Below are positions 25,134-32,568 of a DNA stretch of 64,000 bases, in pieces. The DNA is from Vicinamibacterales bacterium. Lineage in GTDB: Bacteria; Acidobacteriota; Vicinamibacteria; Vicinamibacterales; 2-12-FULL-66-21. Below the pieces are notes generated by a model. The model was not told where the DNA came from. It did not search any database and saw only the letters and a program-made list of their open reading frames with translations. A program made the translations under genes and the position numbers. The stretch covers positions 3,540 to 67,539 of the forward strand of contig DATAFJ010000137.1 of NCBI GenBank assembly GCA_036257535.1, written 5' to 3'. Within the stretch, counting starts at the first letter, position 1. Every line of letters begins with the position of its first letter.

Positions 25134-25173
25134 TATTATGAAACACTGCCGGGGCTGACGCAAGCCAGTCAAA

Positions 25174-25215
25174 GGGCTTGGGGCCTGGGGCTTGGGGCCT
25201 GGGGCTTGGGGCCTA
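25174..25215. repeat. Tandem heptanucleotide array R4: (GGGCTTG GGGCCTG)x3
   Basis: Read directly. The last unit contains the rhodanese stop codon. It matches the G-quadruplex pattern G4-N3-G4-N3... on the plus strand. Confidence 0.9.
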
Positions 25216-25527
25216 GTAGCGTCGCTGCGTGGGGTCGACCCTATCAATCCAAGCCACGATGCCCCCGTCGAGGTTGTGGACGTTCTCGAAGCCCTGCTGT
25301 CGCAGAAATGCCACTGCCCTCGCGCTGCGGCCGCCCACCTTGCAGAGCACGACCATCTCACGCCTTCGGTCGAGCTCTTCCATTCTTTGCGGAAGCTCAC
25401 CGAGGGGAATGAGGGTCGCTCCCTCGATCCGGCAGATGTCCCACTCGCGCGGTTCGCGGACGTCGACGATGGCCGGCGCCTCGCCCCTTTCGATCTTTGC
25501 CTTCAGCTCTTCAACGGTCACGGCCAT
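25213..25527 (-). CDS. Rhodanese-like sulfurtransferase domain protein
   Basis: 104 aa. IVDVREPREW..CRIEGA..IP and the active-site loop VVLCKVGGRS. Confidence 0.85.
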   Translation of the reverse strand: MAVTVEELKAKIERGEAPAIVDVREPREWDICRIEGATLIPLGELPQRMEELDRRREMVVLCKVGGRSARAVAFLRQQGFENVHNLDGGIVAWIDRVDPTQRRY

Positions 25528-25565
25528 CCTCCGATTGAGATTCGAGGAGCTTTCGCCTAATATTC

Positions 25566-26789
25566 GTGGCTGTGCAGCTCCTGTATCTTGCCATCGGTCT
25601 GGTAGTTGGCGCAGGAGTCATCCTGCTGATCCTCCGCGCCGAGCGGCGCGCCGTCTCGAGCGCCCGAGAACAGTTCGCCGCGCTCTCGTCAGAGGCCCTT
25701 CGCGCCAGCAACGAACAGTTCCTGCAGCTTGCCACAGCCAGGCTCGGTGAGGCGCAGGCGCGGGCGTCGGGCGAACTTGCCGCGCGCGAGCAGGCGATTT
25801 CCGCATTGGTCAAGCCGATCGCCGAGACACTGAATCGGTTCGACGCCAAGGTCCAGGACGTCGAACGTGAGCGGATCGGCGCCGCTGCCCGTCTCGACGA
25901 GCAGCTCCGGGCGCTTCAGGGTGAGACGTCCAGCCTCGTGAAAGCGCTCCGCTCGCCCAACGTGCGTGGTCAGTGGGGAGAGCTCCAGCTCCGGCGCGTC
26001 GTCGAAGCGGCAGGAATGATCGAGCACTGCGATTTCGTAGTGAAGGAGAGCGTCGAAGGCGAAGAAGGACGGCTGACCCCCGATTTGATCGTTCGCCTGC
26101 CGGGCGGTCGCAGCGTCGTCGTGGATGCGAAGGTGCCCGCGACGGCCTACCTCGCAGCGCAGGAGGCGTCGGACGATGCGGTGAGGGCGGCACGACTGCG
26201 CGACCACGCCCGACAGCTTCGAGATCACGTGACGCGGCTCGGCAACAAGGCGTACTGGCAGCGCTTCCAGCCGGCGCCCGATGTCGTCGTGCTGTTCGTA
26301 CCGGCCGAAGCCCTACTCACGGCGGCGCTCCAGCACGACCCGGCTCTACTCGAGGTCAGTCTCTCGAAGAACGTGCTGCTTGCCAGCCCGATCACGCTCG
26401 TAGGTCTGCTCCGCGCCGTCGCATACGGGTGGCAGCAGGAGCGAATGACGCAGAACGCGCAGGAGATCAGCGAGCTCGGCCGGACGCTCTACGAGCGGAT
26501 CTGCAAGATGGCCGAGCACTTCGATCGGCTGGGCGGATCGCTGAAGCGTTCGGTGGAGGCGTACAACGAGGCGGTCGGTTCGATGGAAAGCCGCGTGCTG
26601 GTGACGGCGCGCCGGCTGAAGGATCTCGGCGTCGCGGCGAGCATGGAGGTGGAGCCGGTTCCGCCTGTCGACACGAGCGTGCGTCCCACGCGCACGCCGG
26701 AGCTGACCGGCCTCTTCGACGAGGCGCTCGACGGAGAGGTGTTGCAGAAGATCGAATCGGGCACGCCGCCCAACACACGCCCGACTTAA
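25566..26789 (+). CDS. rmuC: DNA recombination protein RmuC
   Basis: N-terminal transmembrane helix and coiled coil, then RGQWGELQLRRVVE.AGM..HCDF...PDLIVRLPGGR.VVVDAK.P...Y, the RmuC nuclease-like core. The stop lies in a REP-like half element. Confidence 0.85.
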   Translation: MAVQLLYLAIGLVVGAGVILLILRAERRAVSSAREQFAALSSEALRASNEQFLQLATARLGEAQARASGELAAREQAISALVKPIAETLNRFDAKVQDVERERIGAAARLDEQLRALQGETSSLVKALRSPNVRGQWGELQLRRVVEAAGMIEHCDFVVKESVEGEEGRLTPDLIVRLPGGRSVVVDAKVPATAYLAAQEASDDAVRAARLRDHARQLRDHVTRLGNKAYWQRFQPAPDVVVLFVPAEALLTAALQHDPALLEVSLSKNVLLASPITLVGLLRAVAYGWQQERMTQNAQEISELGRTLYERICKMAEHFDRLGGSLKRSVEAYNEAVGSMESRVLVTARRLKDLGVAASMEVEPVPPVDTSVRPTRTPELTGLFDEALDGEVLQKIESGTPPNTRPT

Positions 26790-26822
26790 AGGTCGCTTGC
26801 ACGCCCGACCTAAAGGTCGGGC
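26775..26822. repeat. Two tandem REP-like hairpin copies (degenerate copy plus perfect GCCCGACC-TAAA-GGTCGGGC, H2)
   Basis: acacgcccgacTTAAaggtcgc followed by acGCCCGACCTAAAGGTCGGGC, located between convergent rmuC and the SIMPL gene. The rmuC TAA stop sits in the first loop. Confidence 0.85.
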
Positions 26823-27542
26823 TTACTTGATTGTTGCCGTCAGCGTCACCGACGCGCGGATTTCGATCTGACCGGGTGTTACCGGCGTCGGCTGGCTTTC
26901 GGCAGTGTCGGCGCGCGCCAACATCATCGGCCGCGGCGGCGGAAACAAGTCCTGGCGGTGCTCTTCAATCGTGACGATGCGGTCGATGGCGCGGCCGGCG
27001 CCCACGGCGAGCGCCTCTGCGCGCCCCCGAGCATCCGCGACGGCCGCCTTGAGCGCTTCGCGTTCCGCGGCGGCACGGTCTTTCAGATCGAACCGAACGT
27101 CGTGCACTGAAGTCGCGCCGGCGCCGACGGCGCCGTCGATCACCTCGCCGACGCGTGCGATGTCGTCCAGGCGGACCTCGATCATGTTGCGCGCGAGATA
27201 CCCGCGCAGCTTCTGACGGCCGCTCACGTAGTCGAACTCGGGCTGCAGTTCGATCGAGAGGGTCTCGATGGCGGTGTCGGCGATCCCGATCGCTTTCAAC
27301 CGATCGCGCACGGCCGTCATCGTCTTCGCGTTCTGTGCCTGTGCTTCCTTTGGCGCGGCCGCGCGTGCCTCGGTTGCGACCCGCACGTAAGCACGGTCGG
27401 GCACTCGCTGAACCATCGCGGAGCCGTTCGTTGTGACCACCGGCTCGCGCCGGGTGTCGCGCTGCGGCTCCTGGGCCATCGCAGCGGAGGTGATCAGCAG
27501 GGCGAACGAGATCGAGGCGAGCAAAACAGGAAGGGTCTTCAT
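26823..27542 (-). CDS. SIMPL (DUF541) domain periplasmic protein
   Basis: The ATG at 27542 overlaps the upstream TGA (ATGA). Signal peptide MKTLPVLLASISFALLITSAAMAQ. The pattern is typical of SIMPL/BP26. Confidence 0.75.
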   Translation of the reverse strand: MKTLPVLLASISFALLITSAAMAQEPQRDTRREPVVTTNGSAMVQRVPDRAYVRVATEARAAAPKEAQAQNAKTMTAVRDRLKAIGIADTAIETLSIELQPEFDYVSGRQKLRGYLARNMIEVRLDDIARVGEVIDGAVGAGATSVHDVRFDLKDRAAAEREALKAAVADARGRAEALAVGAGRAIDRIVTIEEHRQDLFPPPRPMMLARADTAESQPTPVTPGQIEIRASVTLTATIK

Positions 27543-28342
27543 GACGGTTCTGAGCATGCTATGCGGAATCCGATGCTGTACGAGTACGTGTCGGCAGGCA
27601 CCTCGTGCCGATGGGCGCACGTCAGCATGCGCGTATCGGACACGGGCCAGCCTCCGCCGCGTATGATTCGCAGCCGGCCCTCTGCTGGGCCGGTGGGATT
27701 TTTCGAGTTCCGATCTTTGTACGCGTCAGCCGAGTACCAGTCGGCCACCCATTCCCACACGTTCCCTGCGACGTCGTACAGCCCGTAGCCATTCGGCGGA
27801 AACGCGCGTGCGGGCGTCGTCCCGCGCGCCATCTTCTGAGTTGGATCGGTCAGGAAATTTGCCCGGAGCGGATCCAGCTCGTTGCCCCATGGATACCGGC
27901 AGCGGTCCAGGCCGCCGCGCGCCGCCTTTTCCCACTCCGCTTCCGTCGGCAACCGGACGTCGCGTCCTGTCAACTCCGACATCCAGCGGCAATACGCGAT
28001 GGCGTCTTCCCATCGAACGAGCGTGACGGGATGGTCAAGGCGTTCGGGGGGCGGCGTGCTGTCGGACCAGACGTAAGGACCGCTCAGGCGGCGGAAGACG
28101 CGTTCGCGATCGCGCCCTGTGTTGCTGACGATGAGCGGAAGCTCGTAGATTGCGGGCGGACGGTGGCCCGCCTCGCGAACGAAACGTACGTACTGGCGCT
28201 GCGTCACCGGGACGATGGCGATTGAGAATTCGTCCACGAGGACGCTGTGGATCGGCTTCTCGTCCTCGTCTCCTTCGTCCGAGCCCATCATGAACTCGCC
28301 CGCCGGGATTCGCGCCATCTCCGGTAATGGCTCGTGCGACAC
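27539..28342 (-). CDS. Formylglycine-generating enzyme (SUMF1/FGE-sulfatase) family protein
   Basis: MARIPAGEFMMGS....E.P.H.V....F.I...PVT..QY..F, WEDA..YC.W, RLPTEAEWEKAARGG, YPWG, NVWEWV.DWY and RGGGW are FGE-sulfatase domain motifs. Confidence 0.85.
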   Translation of the reverse strand: MSHEPLPEMARIPAGEFMMGSDEGDEDEKPIHSVLVDEFSIAIVPVTQRQYVRFVREAGHRPPAIYELPLIVSNTGRDRERVFRRLSGPYVWSDSTPPPERLDHPVTLVRWEDAIAYCRWMSELTGRDVRLPTEAEWEKAARGGLDRCRYPWGNELDPLRANFLTDPTQKMARGTTPARAFPPNGYGLYDVAGNVWEWVADWYSADAYKDRNSKNPTGPAEGRLRIIRGGGWPVSDTRMLTCAHRHEVPADTYSYSIGFRIACSEPS

Positions 28343-28380
28343 GTCTGTCCTGGGCCTACAAGATACCTTAGACTACCCGC

Positions 28381-29541
28381 ATGCGCATCGAAACGTTCGC
28401 GATGGAGCGGATGCAGTCGACCTGGGAGAACCGCGTCGCGTTCAATCTGTCGGAGAGCGGCGTTCATCCAATGCGGCTTGAGGAGCTCCTGGGAATGGAT
28501 TCGGCGGTACGGGGGGAGACGATCAACCCCGATCTCGTTCGCCTGCTGAAGCAGGAACTGGTCTACACGCAGTCGAACGGGACGCCGGAGCTCCGCCGCG
28601 CGATCGCCCAAATGTATCCCGGCGCAACTGACGAGCACGTCCAGGTCACGAATGGCGGCTCCGAGGCGAACTACATCACCGTGTGGCACCTCGTGGAGCC
28701 GGGCGATGAGGTCGTGATGATGACGCCGACGTACATGCAGGCCTGGGGCCTCGCGCGTGCGTTCGGCGCCGTCGTGAAACCGTGGGCACTTACGGAGCAA
28801 AGCACGCAGCGCGGAGGGCGATGGCGGCCGGATCTGGACGAACTCGCCTCACTCGTCACCTCGCGCACGAAGCTGGTCGTGATCTGCAATCCGAACAACC
28901 CTACGGGGGCGCGCCTCGACGCGGCCGACCTGGACGCGATCGCGCGGATCGCCGACCGCCACGGCGCCTGGATACTGGCGGACGAAATCTACCGCGGCGC
29001 GGAGCCTGACGGGCACGAGACGCCGTCGATCTGGGGACGTTCCGAGCGGGCGATCGTCACCAGCGGCCTGTCGAAGGCGTACGGGCTGCCGGGCCTCCGT
29101 ATCGGCTGGCTGGTTGCGCCGCCGAGCCTGACCGCCACGTTGTGGTCGTATCACGACTACACGACGATCGCTCCCGGTGCGCTGAGCGATCTGCTCGCGC
29201 GAATGGCGCTCGACCCCGAGCGGCGCGGGACGATCATCGAGCGGACCCGCGGGATCATCCGGACGAATTACGAGATGCTGCGCGGCTGGCTCGACCCGCG
29301 AGCTGAGGGCTTCCAGCACATCACTCCCGAAGCGGGAGCGATCGCGTTCGTCCGGTACCGTCACGGCATCAACTCGACCGAACTGGTGACGCGCCTGCGC
29401 GATCGGCACAGCGTGCTGCTCGTGCCGGGCGACCACTTTCACATGGACGGCTACCTCCGAATCGGATTCGGTACCGAGCCGGCGATCCTCACCGAAGGTC
29501 TTCGGCGGCTCGAGGTGCTGCTCGAGACGGCGGCGGTCTGA
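28381..29541 (+). CDS. Class I/II pyridoxal-phosphate-dependent aminotransferase
   Basis: Y..S.G.PELR.AIA, NPNNPTGA, GLSKAYGLPGLRIGW (PLP lysine) and a fold-type I layout. Confidence 0.85.
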   Translation: MRIETFAMERMQSTWENRVAFNLSESGVHPMRLEELLGMDSAVRGETINPDLVRLLKQELVYTQSNGTPELRRAIAQMYPGATDEHVQVTNGGSEANYITVWHLVEPGDEVVMMTPTYMQAWGLARAFGAVVKPWALTEQSTQRGGRWRPDLDELASLVTSRTKLVVICNPNNPTGARLDAADLDAIARIADRHGAWILADEIYRGAEPDGHETPSIWGRSERAIVTSGLSKAYGLPGLRIGWLVAPPSLTATLWSYHDYTTIAPGALSDLLARMALDPERRGTIIERTRGIIRTNYEMLRGWLDPRAEGFQHITPEAGAIAFVRYRHGINSTELVTRLRDRHSVLLVPGDHFHMDGYLRIGFGTEPAILTEGLRRLEVLLETAAV

Positions 29542-30626
29542 ACAGGCTCGAGCGGCTGGACCTCGCGCTGGTTGGCTTCGGCAACGTCGGACGTCGTTTC
29601 GTCCGGCTGATCGCCGAGCTGAGCGATCGCCTCGCACAGCAGCACGGCCTCTCGCTCCGCGTCTGCGGCATCGCCACGCTGCGCCATGGCGCGATCTTCG
29701 ACGCGGCCGGCGTCGACGCGGTTCGCGCGGCGCACGCGATTGAATCCGGCAGCGCGCTGCATGCCGATCGTCGCGCCGGAGCCGAGATCATCGAAGGGGG
29801 CGCCCTCGAGCTGATCGAACGCCTGTCGAGTGTGGCAAGCGACGGCAGCGCGGCCCGCGTCCTGATCGAGACCACTCCGCTCAACGTCCAAACCGGCCAG
29901 CCGGCAATAAATCATGTCGAGCGCGCGCTCGAGCGCGGGCTCCACGTGGTGACGGCGAACAAAGGACCCGTCGCGATCAGATGGAAAGAGCTCGATCGCG
30001 CCGCGCGCGAACGTGGCGTCTCGTTCCTGTTCGAAGGCGCCGTCATGGACGGTATCCCCGTCTTCAATTTCGTCCGCGAGACGCTGCCTGCCGTCACGAT
30101 TACCGGCTTCCGCGGCGTGCTGAACAGCACGACGAACCACATCATCACGGCGCTCGAGGATGGCGGCGAGTTCGGCCAGGCGCTCGAAGCGATGCAGCAG
30201 GCGGGCATCGCGGAAGCAGACCCGTCGCTCGACGTCGATGGGTGGGATGCCGCCGCCAAGGCGGCAGCGCTCGCTAACGTTCTGATGGGCGCGGACCTGA
30301 CGCCCGCGGCTGTCGTCCGCACCGGTATCCGCGGTCTGGGTGGCGCAGACGTGCGTGCGGCGGCCGCGCGCGGAACAAGGATCCGGCTCGTCGCATCGGC
30401 AGGCGCCGCAGGCGCTCGTGTCGAACCGGTTGCGCTGCCGGCAGCGGATCCGCTCGCTCAGCTTCGCGGCATGGCAAACGCCGTGATCCTTGAAACCGAT
30501 CTGCTTGGTGAGGTAGCCGTGACTCAGCTGACGGGTGGCCTGACGCAGACGGCGTACGCCCTCGTCAGCGATCTGACGACGGTGGCGAGGCGAATTCGAC
30601 CAGGTCCCGGAGCTCCGGTTCGTTGA
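29538..30626 (+). CDS. hom: Homoserine dehydrogenase (no ACT domain); start codon non-canonical or unresolved
   Basis: The C-terminal part (tracked from GTG 29832) has ANKGP, FEGAVMDGIPV, G.LN.TTN.I and the DV.GWDAA.K catalytic domain. The NAD-binding motif LALVGFGNVGRRF is encoded in the same frame at 29562-29600, with no ATG/GTG/TTG before 29832. CTG 29538 overlaps the aminotransferase TGA (CTGA), and CTG 29556 is an alternative. Confidence 0.7.
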   Translation: MNRLERLDLALVGFGNVGRRFVRLIAELSDRLAQQHGLSLRVCGIATLRHGAIFDAAGVDAVRAAHAIESGSALHADRRAGAEIIEGGALELIERLSSVASDGSAARVLIETTPLNVQTGQPAINHVERALERGLHVVTANKGPVAIRWKELDRAARERGVSFLFEGAVMDGIPVFNFVRETLPAVTITGFRGVLNSTTNHIITALEDGGEFGQALEAMQQAGIAEADPSLDVDGWDAAAKAAALANVLMGADLTPAAVVRTGIRGLGGADVRAAAARGTRIRLVASAGAAGARVEPVALPAADPLAQLRGMANAVILETDLLGEVAVTQLTGGLTQTAYALVSDLTTVARRIRPGPGAPVR

Positions 30627-30831
30627 AGCCTTTCACGACGCGGGTGCCTGCGACGGTCAACGGCACGGTTCGAACGCCGCGGGCAATCAGCTCGCGGTAA
30701 GCTGTGTCGTCTTCTTCGACGTTCTTTTCGACAAAGGGCACGCCGGCGCGTGAAAGGAACTCTTTCACCCTCTGGCAGGCCTGTCAGCTCGGCCCAGTTG
30801 TGTAGACACGAATAATGGGAGTGTCAGGCAT
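30565..30831 (-). CDS. Glutaredoxin-like (YruB/NrdH-type) protein with in-frame TGA at the first redox Cys: candidate selenoprotein (UQAC motif)
   Basis: The minus-strand ATG at 30831 gives MPDTPIIRVYTTGPS-[TGA 30786..30784]-QACQRVKEFLSRAGVPFVEKNVEEDD...TVPLTV..G..V.GF. The TGA aligns with Cys1 of the CxxC in the glutaredoxin fold. A hairpin lies 15 nt downstream. The tracked ORF (30565..30768) begins at an internal GTG. Confidence 0.6.
30750..30768 (-). promoter_or_regulatory. SECIS-like stem-loop downstream of the in-frame UGA
   Basis: The minus strand reads GUGAAAG-AGUUC-CUUUCAC, a 7-bp stem with a 5-nt loop containing GU. It can be extended through an internal loop by GCC/GGC. The loop begins 22 nt after the UGA. 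Confidence 0.45.
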
Positions 30832-30853
30832 TAGGCATTAGGCATTAGGCATT
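30826..30853. repeat. Tandem heptanucleotide array R5: (AGGCATT)x4
   Basis: Read directly. It fills essentially all of the 28-bp spacer between the divergent start codons 30831 (minus) and 30860 (plus). The selenoprotein-candidate ATG lies inside the last unit. Confidence 0.9.
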
Positions 30854-30859
30854 CTGATT

Positions 30860-32056
30860 ATGTCCGATCCAACCGGTCCGCTCTCGGGGATCGTCGTCGC
30901 CGACTTCACACGAGTGCTGTCGGGCCCTTACTGCACGATGCTGCTGGCGGACATGGGCGCGCGCGTCATCAAGATCGAGCACCCCGACAAAGGGGACGAC
31001 ACGCGCGCGTGGGGCCCGCCGTTCGTCCGGGGCGAGAGCGCATACTTTCTCAGCATCAACAGAAACAAGCAGAGCATCACGCTCGACCTGAAGCGGCCCG
31101 AGTCGCGCGAGGTCCTGGACCGGCTGCTGGCGCGCGCGGACGTTCTCGTCGAAAACTTCCGCCCCGGCACGCTCGATCGGTTAGGCCTCGGGTACGCGGA
31201 CCTCTCGCCTCGCTATCCGAAGCTCGTGTACTGCTCGATCTCGGGATTCGGCCAGACGGGACCGCGCCGCGATCTGCCAGGCTACGACGCGGTGGTGCAG
31301 GCCGAAGGCGGACTGATGAGCATCACCGGCGACGCGGAAGGGCCGCCCTTCAGGCTCGGCGTTGCGATCTCCGACATCGTGGCGGGCATGTTTGCGGCCA
31401 ACGGGATCGCGCTCGCGCTGCTGGCCCGCGCTCGGACGGGGCGCGGGCAGTTGGTGGATGTCGGCATGCTCGACGCGACCGCCGCGCTTCTGACGTACCA
31501 GGCAGGCATCTTCTTCGCGACCGGCACCTCACCGGGCCGTCTCGGCAACCGCCATCCGACGATCGCGCCTTACGAAACCTTCGAAGCCTCCGACGGCGGG
31601 TTCGTCGTCGCCGTCGGGAACGACGAGCAGTGGCGGCGCTTCTGCGCGGCTATCGATCTGGCGCCGCTCGGCGCGGACCCACGATTCATGACGAACCGGG
31701 ACCGGGTGACGCAGTATTCCGAGCTGCGACCGATTCTCGCGTCACGCCTCCGCGAACGCACGCGCGCGGAATGGCTGGAGGCGTTGACGAAGGCCGGCGT
31801 TCCCTGCGGATCCGTGCGCAGCGTAGGTGAGACGCTCACGGATCCGCAGCTCGAGGCGCGCGACATGATCGCGCAGCTCGAGCATGCCGCGGCCGGTGCG
31901 ATTCGGACACTCGGAGTTCCGATCAAACTCTCCGATACTCCCGGGTCGGTCCGCACGCCGCCGCCCAGGCTCGGCGAGCACACGCATGCTGTCCTGCGAG
32001 AGCTCGGGTTCGACGACGAAGTGATTCGTCGGATCAGCGGGCAACGCCCGACCTGA
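30860..32056 (+). CDS. Family III CoA-transferase (CaiB/BaiF family)
   Basis: PLSGI.V.DF..VLSGPYCTMLLADMGA.VIK.E.P..GD.TR and ENFRPG.....GL.Y are typical of CaiB/BaiF. The TGA stop lies in a degenerate REP-like half element. Confidence 0.9.
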   Translation: MSDPTGPLSGIVVADFTRVLSGPYCTMLLADMGARVIKIEHPDKGDDTRAWGPPFVRGESAYFLSINRNKQSITLDLKRPESREVLDRLLARADVLVENFRPGTLDRLGLGYADLSPRYPKLVYCSISGFGQTGPRRDLPGYDAVVQAEGGLMSITGDAEGPPFRLGVAISDIVAGMFAANGIALALLARARTGRGQLVDVGMLDATAALLTYQAGIFFATGTSPGRLGNRHPTIAPYETFEASDGGFVVAVGNDEQWRRFCAAIDLAPLGADPRFMTNRDRVTQYSELRPILASRLRERTRAEWLEALTKAGVPCGSVRSVGETLTDPQLEARDMIAQLEHAAAGAIRTLGVPIKLSDTPGSVRTPPPRLGEHTHAVLRELGFDDEVIRRISGQRPT

Positions 32057-32075
32057 AGGCACACGCCTGACCTAA
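32043..32075. repeat. Degenerate REP-like half copies (ACGCCCGACCTGAAGG / CACACGCCTGACCTAACC)
   Basis: They share the ACGCCCGACC-TRAA core with H1-H3 but lack a complete 3' arm. The CoA-transferase ends ...RPT-TGA, just as rmuC ends ...RPT-TAA. Confidence 0.6.
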
Positions 32076-32135
32076 CCGCCTCCGCCAAGGCTCCGTCGGT
32101 CCGCCGAAGCTTCGCGCGAAGGCGGAAGGTCGTGC

Positions 32136-32567
32136 CTACTTTTCTACGAACGGCCCGAGTTCGGCGACGAGAAAATCGAGCACGTCGTCCTGGGTGAGGT
32201 CGACGACGGCTGCGTTCTCGCGGATGGGGCGCTCGATGGCCACGCCGCGTGAGCCGTGGGTGTAGTTGACCCGTCCGATCACCTGCGGCGGATTCAGCGA
32301 CGTATCCAGCTCGATCTCGATGAAGTCGTTGCGGGAGCGCTCGGGCGTCAGGCGCAGCGCTCCCGCTGGCGTCGACACCTTGAAGGGGTAGTTCTCGGCA
32401 GTCAGCGCCTGGGCGAACATCTGGCAGACGGGCGCCGCGACCTCTTTCAGGAAGGGAACGAAGTCGCGCTCGGCGGCATCGACGTCCGCCCGGCGCGCCG
32501 CCGCCGCCTGGCGGGCCTCGACGATCCGCAGGCGCACGCGCCGGCGGACATCCGCGACTTCCACCAA
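32136..32567 (-). CDS. Hypothetical protein (last gene of the metal/PilT-like operon)
   Basis: 143 aa. TTG 32567 or GTG 32564 lies 1-4 nt after the PilT-like stop. No family recognised. Confidence 0.5.
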   Translation of the reverse strand: MVEVADVRRRVRLRIVEARQAAAARRADVDAAERDFVPFLKEVAAPVCQMFAQALTAENYPFKVSTPAGALRLTPERSRNDFIEIELDTSLNPPQVIGRVNYTHGSRGVAIERPIRENAAVVDLTQDDVLDFLVAELGPFVEK

Positions 32568-32568
32568 A

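Noticed and set aside
29832-29834. GTG 29832 as the homoserine dehydrogenase start
   Set aside because: It would delete the NAD-binding GxGxxG segment that is encoded in frame upstream.
30565-30768. The 67-aa ORF as a complete small glutaredoxin-like gene
   Set aside because: It lacks the beta1 strand and the redox motif. Both appear in frame upstream across a single TGA.
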